Shown here one piece after another: positions 40,010-52,526 of a DNA stretch of 64,000 nucleotides. The stretch spans positions 1-64,000 of the forward strand of contig CAXHJY010000228.1 of NCBI GenBank assembly GCA_964016885.1, in the 5' to 3' direction. The notes beneath the pieces were generated by a model. The model worked only from the letters and a program-made list of their open reading frames with translations. It did no database searches and had not been told where the DNA came from. Position numbers and translations under genes: made by a program. Each line of letters starts with the position of its first letter. Position 1 is the stretch's first letter. This DNA is from Eledone cirrhosa. Taxonomy: Eukaryota.

Positions 40010-41404
40010 GTGCCTTCAGTGGACATGTGAAGACACTTTTGTACTGTTCGTTCAGTATTTCACATATCTCTTGGGGATTTTCGGTTAATGAACCGTCCGT
40101 GTGGAAGAGTGGTCCAATCTTGCAGTGTACTGAGGCAGTTTCTTTTGCAAATTTAAAGAAGGCCTTAGGGTTTGTTTTAATGTTTTCTATGGCCCTGTTC
40201 TCTTTCCTTGCCCTCTCATTCTCATGTGAAAGCTTGAGTGCAATCTCGGTGTCAAGTAGTGCACGTTTCAAATAGGATTCCTTCTTGTTTTGGTTTTGTT
40301 GACTATTCAACTGGTTTGAGAGTTTAGTTCTACGTCTCATAAGGATTTTCCTATCTCTGGGAATAAGATTTTTGTGTCTGTTTGCCTCTTTCTCCGGGAC
40401 ACACTTTTTGCATATGGTGTGTATCGTTGTCATGAAGTGTTGAAATTGTGTGTTAGTGTCTTGTGTGGCGATGTTTGCACTCCATGTTTGCTTCCGGATT
40501 TCACTCTTAATCTTCTTCCAGTCAGCCCCGTAGAAGTTAAGGCTGGATAGCGTCCCGGAGCTTCTTGGTGGTTTTGTCTCTGTTGGTTCTCTTGGACCAC
40601 ATATCATTAGCTCTACCAAGTTATGATCCGAGAGAATTGTTGGTGTCACCTTTACATTGTGGATGAGCACTTCGTTGTTTGTAAAACAGAGGTCCAGGAC
40701 ATTTTCGCCTCTTGTTGGGAGGAGTATTGCTTGCTCCATGAACAGCCTGTGTGTGAGGGCCAGCAGGGATTCCGTCTGTCTCTGTTCTATTGACGTCATT
40801 CCAGGGAGAAGGTGGCCCTCAGGCCATTTGACCTTTGGTAGGTTGAAGTCTCCCAGCAGTAGGATGTTGAGACCCTGGTCCAGTTTGTCAAGGACCTCTT
40901 CTATCCTACTTAGGCTATCCTCAAATTTACCCTCATGACTGGGGGCATCGGGCGGCCGATATGTGACACATATTACCGTCTGTAGTTGCTTCATATGTAT
41001 TATCAGTGTGTCACAGACTGAGTTTGAATGTGTCAACAGTACAATTGGTGTGACATCTTCACGGATATACAGAGCAACCCCACCATGAGTTCTCTCCTTC
41101 CTGTCCGAACGAAATACAGTATATTTCGGTATATGTATTTCTGCATCTGCTATACTGCTTGTCAGGTGCGTTTCGGTTAGTGCCATGCATAATGCTTGAT
41201 TGCTTATGGCTAAGATGGCTAAGTCTCCCAGGTAGGAAATTTTACTCATGTTGCTGAGTTTCACCAGGCCCCTGACATTCAGCAGCAGCAGCACTGGTGT
41301 GACTTTTGGGGTGCCAGTAATGGCTGTCGGTATGACACCTGGTCTGGTGTCAGCGGCGGCCACTCTGGGTCCCTTAACTGCGGTGGTCTCGAGTGCTGGT
41401 GTGG
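39978..41404 (-). CDS. LINE ORF2 N-terminal part: apurinic-like endonuclease and linker
   Basis: [49 protein letters not shown]; the YI-repeat extension in the ORF track is microsatellite. Confidence 0.92.
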
Positions 41405-43053
<1,649 letters not shown>

Positions 43054-43213
43054 TATATCCGTATAAATACAGTGTAACCGTATGCAAAAGATAGGAATAT
43101 AATGTATATATGATTGTAATGGTTGGCTGAACACAGACGTGCTTTTTTCCGTTCCTAACTCATCCCAATTTCTGTCTTTCTATTTCATCTTTTATTTATC
43201 ATTCTACATTCTA

Positions 43214-43249
43214 TCTTCTGATGAAGGACCAGTGTCCGAAACGTAAAGA
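43214..43249 (+). ncRNA. Minimal hammerhead ribozyme, canonical core
   Basis: tctt-CTGATGA-a-ggac-cagt-gtcc-GAAA-cg-TA-aaga; self-complementary AACGT-type stem III typical of dimer-folding PLE hammerheads. Confidence 0.82.
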
Positions 43250-43297
43250 CTCTTTTCGTACTATATCAAGTATTAATGTTGTTTCTGTTTACGTTTT

Positions 43298-43385
<88 letters not shown>

Positions 43386-43402
43386 TATGTATATGTATAT
43401 AG

Positions 43403-43712
43403 AAAAAGAGATGAAATCGAAAATGCAACTGGAGTCTTATTTTTTTTTTAAATATATATATTTATTTGGTTCCTTTACCGGTTTCGCAGTTCTTCTGCTT
43501 TTCAAAAGGTGAGTTGAGATGGAGGGTCTGTGGTTTTTCTCACATTCTCAACTCACCTTTTGAAAAGCAGAAGAACTGCGAAACCGGTAAAGGAACCAAA
43601 TAAATATATATATTTTTTTTTAAAATAAGACTCCAGTTGCATTTTCGATTTCATCTCTTTTTCTTTATACTTTCACTCGTGTAGGACACCTCGGTTATTT
43701 TTCATTTTGTAA
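43403..43712 (+). mobile_element. Fold-back pLTR element in (TA)n
   Basis: 43403-43519 is the reverse complement of 43546-43661; unique 3' tail to about 43712. Confidence 0.88.
43556..43593 (+). ncRNA. Minimal hammerhead with U3-A8 core covariation (mirror on - at about 43472-43509)
   Basis: cctt-TTGAAAA-gcag-aagaa-ctgc-GAAA-ccgg-TA-aagg. Confidence 0.72.
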
Positions 43713-43883
43713 AAAAAAAAAAAAAAAAACTCACTTTCTAATATATGTATATATATATATATGTATATATATATATGAGGAAGTCAACATTTTTAACGAC
43801 TGACACCGATCCTAACTTTAGAAAAAAGATTTTTGTTTTTCCATAATAAAATTCTATTAGCATTTTCTGCTGTTTCTTATTTT

Positions 43884-43921
<38 letters not shown>

Positions 43922-43926
<5 letters not shown>

Positions 43927-43979
43927 CCAGAATTAGCCGTCGAAACGGCTTGAGCTCAGCCGTCGGGGTCCTACTCGTT

Positions 43980-43983
<4 letters not shown>
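43922..43983 (+). mobile_element. pLTR fragment (family Y) with the 3' half of a hammerhead
   Basis: gccgtc-GAAA-cggct-tgagctc-agccg-TC-ggggtc; homologues at 48890-49050, 48294-48410 and 23550-23615 (-). Confidence 0.65.
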
Positions 43984-44044
<61 letters not shown>

Positions 44045-44122
44045 AAAATAAGAAACACCAGAAAATGCTAATATAAAAATACACACATGTGCGTGTGTGA
44101 GTGGGAGTGTGGTGTGTGCTTC

Positions 44123-44177
<55 letters not shown>

Positions 44178-44229
44178 TATATATATTTATAATATATATG
44201 TGTATTTATATGTATATGTATTTATAATA

Positions 44230-44260
<31 letters not shown>

Positions 44261-44269
44261 TTATAATAT

Positions 44270-44408
44270 TCTCATTCTACAAATTACACAGCCCAAGTGA
44301 AATCAAAGAAAAGAATTTTATTGATAAATTCAAACCCAAGCTAAATGAACAATAATAATGGGGTATCCTACTATGACTATGACTACGACCACTAACAACA
44401 ACAACAAC

Positions 44409-44439
<31 letters not shown>

Positions 44440-44850
44440 GTGATGTTGATGGTGATGATTACTAGAAAATGCTATTTTCATCATTTCTAAAAATAGCAAA
44501 ACAATTGATGCTTTGGATAGGGTCAATTAGTGGTCGTTAGACATGCTCAACCAACCGTGACGCCTAAACCAATCAGCTTTAGTAATCCAGTGAAACTACA
44601 CACCGATTGGTCGAAATACAGTTTGCAAGATTTAGCATTCTGGAGCCATTTTTCACTGTATATAAGGCACAAAATTTACCCATCTCATTACAGTTGAAAA
44701 TTGCAAACTTGACTGTCACCACACAATATGAACCTGAAGATTGCGAAAGCATGAAAGTACTTGTTCAATTAACACTTAACATTTAATATTCTACCATACT
44801 ATTTCATTCTAATACCAATATAATCTTCTATACACAATCATACACACCCG
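44270..44850 (+). mobile_element. PLE 3' fragment: end of the GIY-YIG ORF, 3' UTR and pLTR
   Basis: FYKL...IKEKNFIDKFKPKLN* matches the C-terminus of the 14474-15121 protein; shared UTR motifs (accaatca, ctggagccatttt); hammerhead at 44729. Confidence 0.8.
44729..44767 (+). ncRNA. Minimal hammerhead ribozyme
   Basis: tgaac-CTGAAGA-t-tgc-gaaa-gca-t-GAAA-gtac-TT-gttca; palindromic stem III. Confidence 0.75.
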
Positions 44851-44864
44851 TGTATATTTATCTA

Positions 44865-44954
<90 letters not shown>

Positions 44955-44960
<6 letters not shown>

Positions 44961-45399
44961 ATACTTGGGCAGGGTCATATTTGTGTAATATTGCCAGAAT
45001 TAACAACAGAACACACTCACTGTTTGGTTGGTTTTCGCTTTTCGCTTCTGTGTCTTTTATATCGGTAATCTAATTTATTCGGTCCTCAATGTTGCCATTG
45101 ACTGACCAACGGTCAAAAATAATACAGATACAATATAGACACAAACACATATATATAGTTTATCAAAGTTCTTTCGTTGCAAATCTGCAACATTGTCAGT
45201 GGTGCTATTGTTTCCTCCCGTTGCATTGTATTTTATTTTATTTTTATTTTTATTTTAATTTTATTTTTAACCAAACAGTGAGTGTGTTCTGTTGTTAATT
45301 CTGGCAATATTACACAAATATGACCCTCCCCAAGTATAACAATATTTGTTTCGACACACGATTTCATATCAAAAACCTCGCAAAACTAATTCGTCGCCG

Positions 45400-45400
<1 letters not shown>
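44955..45400 (+). mobile_element. Fold-back pLTR-type element in (TA)n
   Basis: 44955-45030 is inverted relative to 45269-45343; tail shares atgaccctccc.aagtataacaat...cacacgatttca with the 61010 and 63400 elements. Confidence 0.75.
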
Positions 45401-45438
<38 letters not shown>

Positions 45439-45749
45439 GCAAAACGAAGAATCAGTGATACATCGGAACACAAATTTATTACATATTACAAATGTTTCTC
45501 CAGCAAACAACTCGAGGTGCGATCTGTTTGGGGATCGAACCTGACTCTGGATTCGCAAGTTCCTCAGATACGTCTAGGGATTTCGAAGTGACAAGCGAAC
45601 GGACAAAACACGATGTTCATGAAGAGAATGCCCAGGGGACTTTAACATCTAAACTACTTTGTATTTCCTTATTCTAAAAATACTCCGTCATTCCTATGTG
45701 GAAAAATAAACATTGAGTTCTCGAATTGAATTACATCAATGTTTTACTG

Positions 45750-45836
<87 letters not shown>

Positions 45837-46280
45837 GTGTGTGTGTGTGTGTGCGCGTGTGTGTATGTATGTGTGTGTGTGTGTGTGCGCGTTTGTGTGT
45901 GTGTGCGTTTGTGTGTGCGTGCGTGCGTGTGTGTGTGTGTGTGTGTGGTAAACCTGAACATGTACCAAGGCATTTTTAATCTGACGTCCTTCCGATGTCC
46001 AATTGTCTGCCTATAGTATGCATGCAATACGTCCATCTGTATAAAAGGTGGAATGACAATCCAACAGTATTTCACATTACTCATGTTTATTAGATAAAAG
46101 AGGAAAACTTAAGGTCCAAAGAATATATTTGTCTGTGCAAAGCTCTATATTTATATATTGAGCTATGTATTGTTTCTATATTTTTGTTGCCACACATTCA
46201 TACATACATACGTACATATACACATACATACATGCATACATTACATATATACATACATGCATGCTTACATACATACTTAC

Positions 46281-46893
46281 ATGGTGGCTGCCAACTCGTT
46301 TTCGAGTACGGCCACTACTTTATATCCATGTAGGAGAACCCCTACCGATGCGCTGAACGAGTGTGACATTTTAGTCCAGCCAGCGACTTGAAAACTCTGG
46401 TACAAACATGACACCTGTGACAATTATTGACACATAGTGCTGGGCCCATGGTACCATGTGACGACAAGTGCAGAGATATCTCCAGATATAAAGCAATGCC
46501 TGTGCCGTGAAGCTTTTATAGTGAGCAAAGGCACTGCACAAAGCCAGTCCCACTCTCTTAACCAAGATGATATTTAGCAAAAAGAAGAACAAGTCAACAT
46601 CATTGGATACCATCAGGGTTGCAGGTGTTATATCAGAGTTTTCCTTCTAGAATTCTGCCTTGACAAAGGCTAAGAGGTCATCTCTCCTGGTGATTTTGGA
46701 TGGCCATTGACACTTAAGAGCTCCTTTGCCCTTTGACTGTTTTTATTTTTAGTCCTGCAGGATGTCCAAAGTCACCCTCCTCACCAAGAAACCTTGGTGG
46801 GGTTGCCAGTTTAGTCGCCAACGACCCGACCATGAGACAGGTTATACTGGGATACATGTTACCAGTAGCACCAACTGGTGACCTGACATAAAC
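46281..46893 (-). mobile_element. About 610-bp non-coding interspersed element, copy 1
   Basis: Highly similar to 60333-60948 with the same ends; both in (TA)/(TACA)n; strand is inferred. Confidence 0.8.
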
Positions 46894-47197
46894 ATACTTA
46901 CATACATACTTATATACTTACATACATACATACTTACATACATACTTACATATATGTATGCATGCATACATACATACATACGTACATGCGTACATACATA
47001 CATATACACACGCACACACATACACACATATTACATATATACATATATACACATGCATACATACATACATACATACATACATACATACATACATACATAC
47101 ATACATACATACATACACATATATACACATGCATACATACATACATACATACATACACATATATACACATGCATACATACATACATACATACATACA

Positions 47198-47233
<36 letters not shown>

Positions 47234-47725
47234 TATATGGGGGGGGTATGTATGTATCTGAATGTGTGTGTTTCATGTGTAAGGTAAGCAAGATTCCATA
47301 TCCGCACCTAAAGTTTCGTTCAATCGACCATACTGTCGAGTATCTAATAACGACTGAATAGTTTCGATAACACTCGGTGATCTTTCAATTGATCACGTGT
47401 CTATGACGTCAATTACTGCTCGTCATGCATCAGAAGGGTCTCTCTTAATGTTCACGAAGAAGAATTGTTTTTTTTTCCCAAAACATTTTTCAAAATATTA
47501 GAATAAAATCAAAAGCTAAAAGAACCAATATTCAATTGTCAAAATATTGAGTTCTCTCTGATGCCACGAATAACACATCAACATGCTACCCATCCCCCTC
47601 ACAGCATTCATTCAAAAGTCGTCTGCACCAGCACACCAGCTCATTGCATGCCCTGCACTTACAAGAATGCTACTAAACTTTGTGAACAAAAAGATATATA
47701 TATGTATATATATATATATATATTC

Positions 47726-47810
<85 letters not shown>

Positions 47811-47812
<2 letters not shown>

Positions 47813-48100
47813 GGGACGATTTGTTAAGCCTTCATTATGTTTATTGACTGCTGACGCGCGTTTCGCTTTTAATCAGCTCAAAGTTCGATCTGTATAGATC
47901 TGGACCGACTCTGGAATCAACAGCTCGTCGAACCTCTGTTGTAGTAATGACTGTCATTGCTACAACGGAGGTCCGACGACCTTTTGATCCAGAGTCGGGC
48001 CAGTTCGATACAGATCGAACTTTGAGCTGATCAAAAGCGAAACGCGCGTCACCAATCAATAAACGTAATGAAGGCTTAACAAATCGTCCTTGTATTATTA
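47811..48100. mobile_element. Fold-back (hairpin) MITE-like element, copy 2
   Basis: Whole element is palindromic around gtagtaatgac-t-gtcattgctac (centre 47952). Confidence 0.82.
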
Positions 48101-48259
48101 TATTTACAATCTGTCTAGCTCTACACCTCGCTACTCACGAGAACCTAAACATGGAGTGCTCACCTGGGTGAACCTACAGTAACTTCACGTTACACTCCCT
48201 ATACATATTATGCATATATATAATCCTTATCGAACCCTTTGGATTTTAGTCTTCATATT

Positions 48260-48293
<34 letters not shown>

Positions 48294-48296
<3 letters not shown>

Positions 48297-48410
48297 AACC
48301 AGTAAGACCCCTGGGGTCTTACTGGTTCCTATTACCCACTCTACTACCCCAAGTATTGAGTACTTTGGTGCGTTATGGTCCACCTGGTTCCTTACCACAT
48401 TTCCTTCGTT
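48294..48410 (+). mobile_element. Family Y pLTR with 18-bp fold-back
   Basis: aggaaccagtaagacccc-t-ggggtcttactggttcct, then the attacccactctactacccc...ggtccacctggttcc tail. Confidence 0.8.
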
Positions 48411-48692
48411 ATATATATATATATTTCATTTATTTTGTTTCACCTGTTTTGCTTGCCTCGTCTTTTTGGCTTAGGTGGTTGATGGCTTCTTGAGCGCCAT
48501 CTCAGTTTGTTTGACCTTTATAACCTATGTTTATTGCTCTGGTCTCTATTTGGTCCATGGAGCGCTTGTCAGTATAACTCGGATATTGCGTTTCGCTTGT
48601 TTTCGACCACAGCCGAAATACGAACCTCGCTGAAATTATATTTATATATATATGGATGTATGTAAAAGGTAAACAGCAATAACAACACAATC

Positions 48693-48792
<100 letters not shown>

Positions 48793-48858
48793 TGTGTGTG
48801 TGTGTGTCATATATGTTATATATGTCATAAAAGTCATATATATATATATATGTATACA

Positions 48859-48889
<31 letters not shown>

Positions 48890-48890
<1 letters not shown>

Positions 48891-49050
48891 GGAACAAGTA
48901 AGACCCCGACGGCTGAGCTCAAGCCGTCGAAACGGCTTGAGCTCAGCCGTCGGGATCTTACTTGTTCCTATTACCCACTCTACTACCCTAAGTATTGAGT
49001 ACTTGTGTGCGTTATGGTCCACCTGGTTCCTTACCACATTTCCTTCGTTA
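48890..49050 (+). mobile_element. Family Y pLTR with fold-back inside the hammerhead
   Basis: Inverted arms aggaacaagtaagaccccgacggctgagctcaagccgt / acggcttgagctcagccgtcgggatcttacttgttcct. Confidence 0.8.
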
Positions 49051-49241
49051 CATATATATATATATATATATATATATGACTTTTATGACTTCTATTTTAT
49101 CTACATTTCTACATTTCGACATTTCTACATTAAATTTTTATATGCCGTGTTTTGTATAAATACTTATTATTTAATTAAAAACATTGTAAAACAAATTCAT
49201 GTCATAAAAATTAGTTTGGCCTTTTGAGTTATGTTCTTCAG

Positions 49242-49576
49242 CAGAGATTCTCAAAGTGGGAGTTACTGTCCCCCGAGGGGGAGGGGGTATTGAGAAGATC
49301 CAGTGTTGCCGAAGGGGGGTGAGGTAGAGATGATATAATAGTATGTTAAATATCAAATGGAACATATATATAAATATAGTAAAATAAAAAGTATATAATA
49401 TTTATTTATACATAGCATATATTATATTGTTTATTATATATAAATTAACGATCTTATTTATTATATATTGTTTACAATTTGCATGTAGGCAGGTCTCTCT
49501 GGAAATAGGGATGGGTTGCTAAGAGTACCACGTGGCCGTGAGGGGGTCGCTGGCCCCAAAAGTTTGAGAATCTCTG
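49242..49576. mobile_element. hAT (Charlie-like) MITE, uninterrupted copy
   Basis: TIRs cagagattctcaaa / tttgagaatctctg; imperfect 8-bp TSD ttcttcag / ttccacag; colinear with 11442-11985 minus the SINE. Confidence 0.85.
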
Positions 49577-49647
49577 TTCCACAGCCTGCTTGACATATAT
49601 AGTGGACGCTATAAATGTCTCCTATAGGCAGGATTGAAAGAGTCGTT

Positions 49648-49968
49648 CTTCTTCTTATCGTGCCCACAAGAGTGTCGGTTACAAAGCTTGGCTAGATGTG
49701 GTTCTTTCTCATTAAACTCTGCCAAGTCCAATGCTGTGCAGGGGTGTTCCAGCAGGGGTCATATCAGGAGGTGCTGCGTAGTCTGTGGTTCCATGCCAGT
49801 CACACACAACGTCCCCATCCTTAGAGATATCCTCATTTTTCCAGATTGGCATTTGCACAACCAACACCAGATCTTAATCTGTTGAGGCATTTCCACACTG
49901 CATAGTTTGTATTTGCTCCAGGGGGAAGTGCCTCGCTCGCCTTTAGCGCCATTGTTGTTACAGATGGG
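49648..49968 (-). mobile_element. Vingi/Ingi-like LINE 3' fragment with TSD
   Basis: Minus translation VWKCLNRLRSGVG..ANLEK*GY...EPQTTQHLLI*PLLEHPCTALDL; ends cacgat(aag)n; TSD aagagtcgtt / aagagtcatt. Confidence 0.75.
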
Positions 49969-50449
49969 AAGAGTCATTAAGATGTCGACTACAATGCATG
50001 TGGTATTCGTTCCAAGTCCCCCAGCTACTGCAGTTGATATTCATTTTCAGCTAATTTGACCTGAGCAACGTGAAAGGGAGTGGTTTGCTCAAGAACACAA
50101 CGTGCCTAATAGTCCAGAAATCGAACCAACGGCATTATGATTGTAAGCCAAACGCACTAATCACTAGATCACCTACCTTCACATTATATGGGTAATACTG
50201 AATAAATCCTATGAGTTTAGAAATTGGTCAAAGTGGTGTGTCTTCTGTCCTATTTTATATCCAAGTCCAAGTTTCTCTTCATGAACTTTAAAACAAATCA
50301 TCATTGTCTTAGATAAAGAACGGCAGGGGGCATCATAGAAAGTGTATTGATTGGCCATTCAAACATTATTAGTCGTTAGGAGATAAGTATGACCAACTAA
50401 ATATTTAATGTTGCTTAACTTATATACGACAAATATATATGTTCGTATT

Positions 50450-52260
50450 AAGTTGTTTGTTTAGACCAGTATAGCTTACCTTATGTGTAAACGAGATTCT
50501 TAACTCTAGCTTGTTTTGTAATTTATCCAGAAGTGTAACTCTGAATTCAAGTATCAAAAAACTACTACGGTTAGTTGAAGTCTAACCTTTTGATTTGATC
50601 AGCGGCTGAGGTAGCATCTAAGGAGTGGATACACTTGATATGTATGTATGCGTTGTTGTTAACTTAGTGGAATGTAAATGGATAGTTCGGGATAAAATTT
50701 ACTTAGTACGAGTAATATGTAGTTGCATGCAAAGCAGGTAGAAATTGCGTATTAAGATTTCCATACTGTCAACAGAACCGACATATAAGAAAAATTGTAG
50801 GAAGGGTTTATAAAGTTATTAGACATCGTATTGGCAAGGAGTGAAAAGGATCAGCTTCAGTGAAAGATATGACAGTGTGAGAATTGCGCTATGGTCCTGT
50901 TGAGCTGGTTGTTGCCAGTTGTAGATTTGTAGAAGTGAGAGTATTTTTGCCCACATGTTCTCGGTTGTATTTGTTATCTGAACTATTATAGAACAGCTAT
51001 GAGTTTTGTTTGTGTGGTGTTAAGGTACGTGCCTCAGAGGCTGGTTTCAGCCTCCCACCTTGCTATTTCTGTTGGGTTAGTGGGGAATCACATGTTCTTG
51101 GAGAGATAATTAACATAAACCTAGGGTAGCTTCCTTAAAGGGTCCTACAGTTTAGGGTCGAGGGTTGTGTAGCACGTAGATGTATGTTGGGTAATCGCTA
51201 AAAGGCAGTGACCAGAGGACCCAATAGGTGTAGAGATGATGATGATTTGGTTTGAGAAAGTAGAGAAGAATGCTTTCAGTGTATGTGCATAAGTAATGGA
51301 GATAATTGATGTGAGAGTTGCAAAGGATTCAGTTTCTGCTCGTATGATATCAGTATAAGATGTGAGAGCCTAGAAGTGTTAAAATGGTGAAGTTATCGAG
51401 ATCGATGACTCCGAAAAAAGGCGAAATGAGATACATGTCGTTGATGTTAAGGTTAGAGTTAGGGTTAGGGTTAGAGTTAGAGTTAAGGATAAGGCCAGCA
51501 TTATGATTAATGGTAAGGTTAGGGTTAGGGTTAGGGTTAGGGTTAGGGTTAGGGTTAGGGTTAGGATTATGGTTAGTGTTAGGACCGGGGTTAGGATTAT
51601 GGTTAGGATTAAGGTTAGGGTTATGGTTAGGGTAAATGTTTGAAGTAAGTTGAAGGTTAGGGTTAAAGATAAGGTCATGTTTAAACTAAGGGTTAGCGTT
51701 ATGGTTAGAGTTACGGTGAGGTATAGGATGTGGTTATTGGAAGATGTTGTTCTGTGAAGAAGTTTGTAATAAAATAACGGAGGAGCTCTTAGCGGTTGTG
51801 CATAAAACATTGGTTAGATGTAGAATAGGTTATTGTGATACGATGTGTGAATTTATAGATAAACTGAAGATAAAGATGACAAACAAAAGGTGATACCAGT
51901 GAAAACCACAAACATAGTAATATCTTTAAATAATCAAAATATATGGTTGTGCGAGAGTATGTATATGGTGGGGGGGGGGGGGTATGTGTGACTGAGCAGG
52001 AAGAGATAGATATAAGAAAAGAAATAAATAGCTGAAAATGAGAATGGAGACAAGAGAAAGATTATATTGGTGAACGAGTCGATGAATGAAATCATGAATT
52101 GGAATGAGTATTGACGGAAACCTAAGCTTGCTTGCGTGTTAATAGCTCTAACATCCACTTCGTGTGGTAATATATGCAACGAAGTGTCGCATTCGACAGA
52201 CTTCTCGTGTAACGCAAGCCACTACACTGCCGCCATATATCCGTTTATTGTCGATGGTCC
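50450..52260 (-). pseudogene. Possible ancient PLE RT-GIY-YIG remnant
   Basis: Weak ordered traces on -: SLHILPHE (SLYTNIPH-like), PFSFSAIYF, TGP...SFT, LYVG; many stops and frameshifts. Confidence 0.35.
51447..51720 (+). repeat. Interstitial telomere-like (TTAGGG)n tract
   Basis: Seven perfect units at 51519-51560 within degenerate hexamers. Confidence 0.9.
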
Positions 52261-52526
52261 GAATACACAAGAGTGTTACAATTCTGCTCTCTGATATCCT
52301 TATTTTTCTATTGGTCCGATTAATGTGCTACCAAATAGGTAAATCTATCTACTTGCATCTACTAGTTAACTTATCAGCTTTCACCTAAAAGAGATGTCTT
52401 CAAAATGATAGGCTAGAAAAAGTGATATATAGTCAATAATGCTCTCTTGTTTTCCTGTAGGTGCTTGTCATTTAATCTATTGTTTTATTGTTAATTTTCA
52501 AAGTTATTATTTTTTATTAGTTTTAG

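Larger units (their letters stand above)
38237..41404 (-). mobile_element. CR1/L2-group LINE, 5'-truncated, ORF2 nearly intact
   Basis: APE and RT domains, 3' UTR hairpin tcagcc-ggat-ggctga and (GTAAAAGA)2 tail; both flanks are (TA)n. Confidence 0.95.

Noticed and set aside
45485-45575. Minus-strand CTGAGGA...GAAAcattt motif with an internal hairpin
   Set aside because: Stem II does not close directly on the core, and stems I and III pair poorly
48020-48056. ctgatca-aaagc-GAAACGCGCGTC in the hairpin element resembling a PLE hammerhead
   Set aside because: No CUGANGA at the right spacing and no stem I pairing
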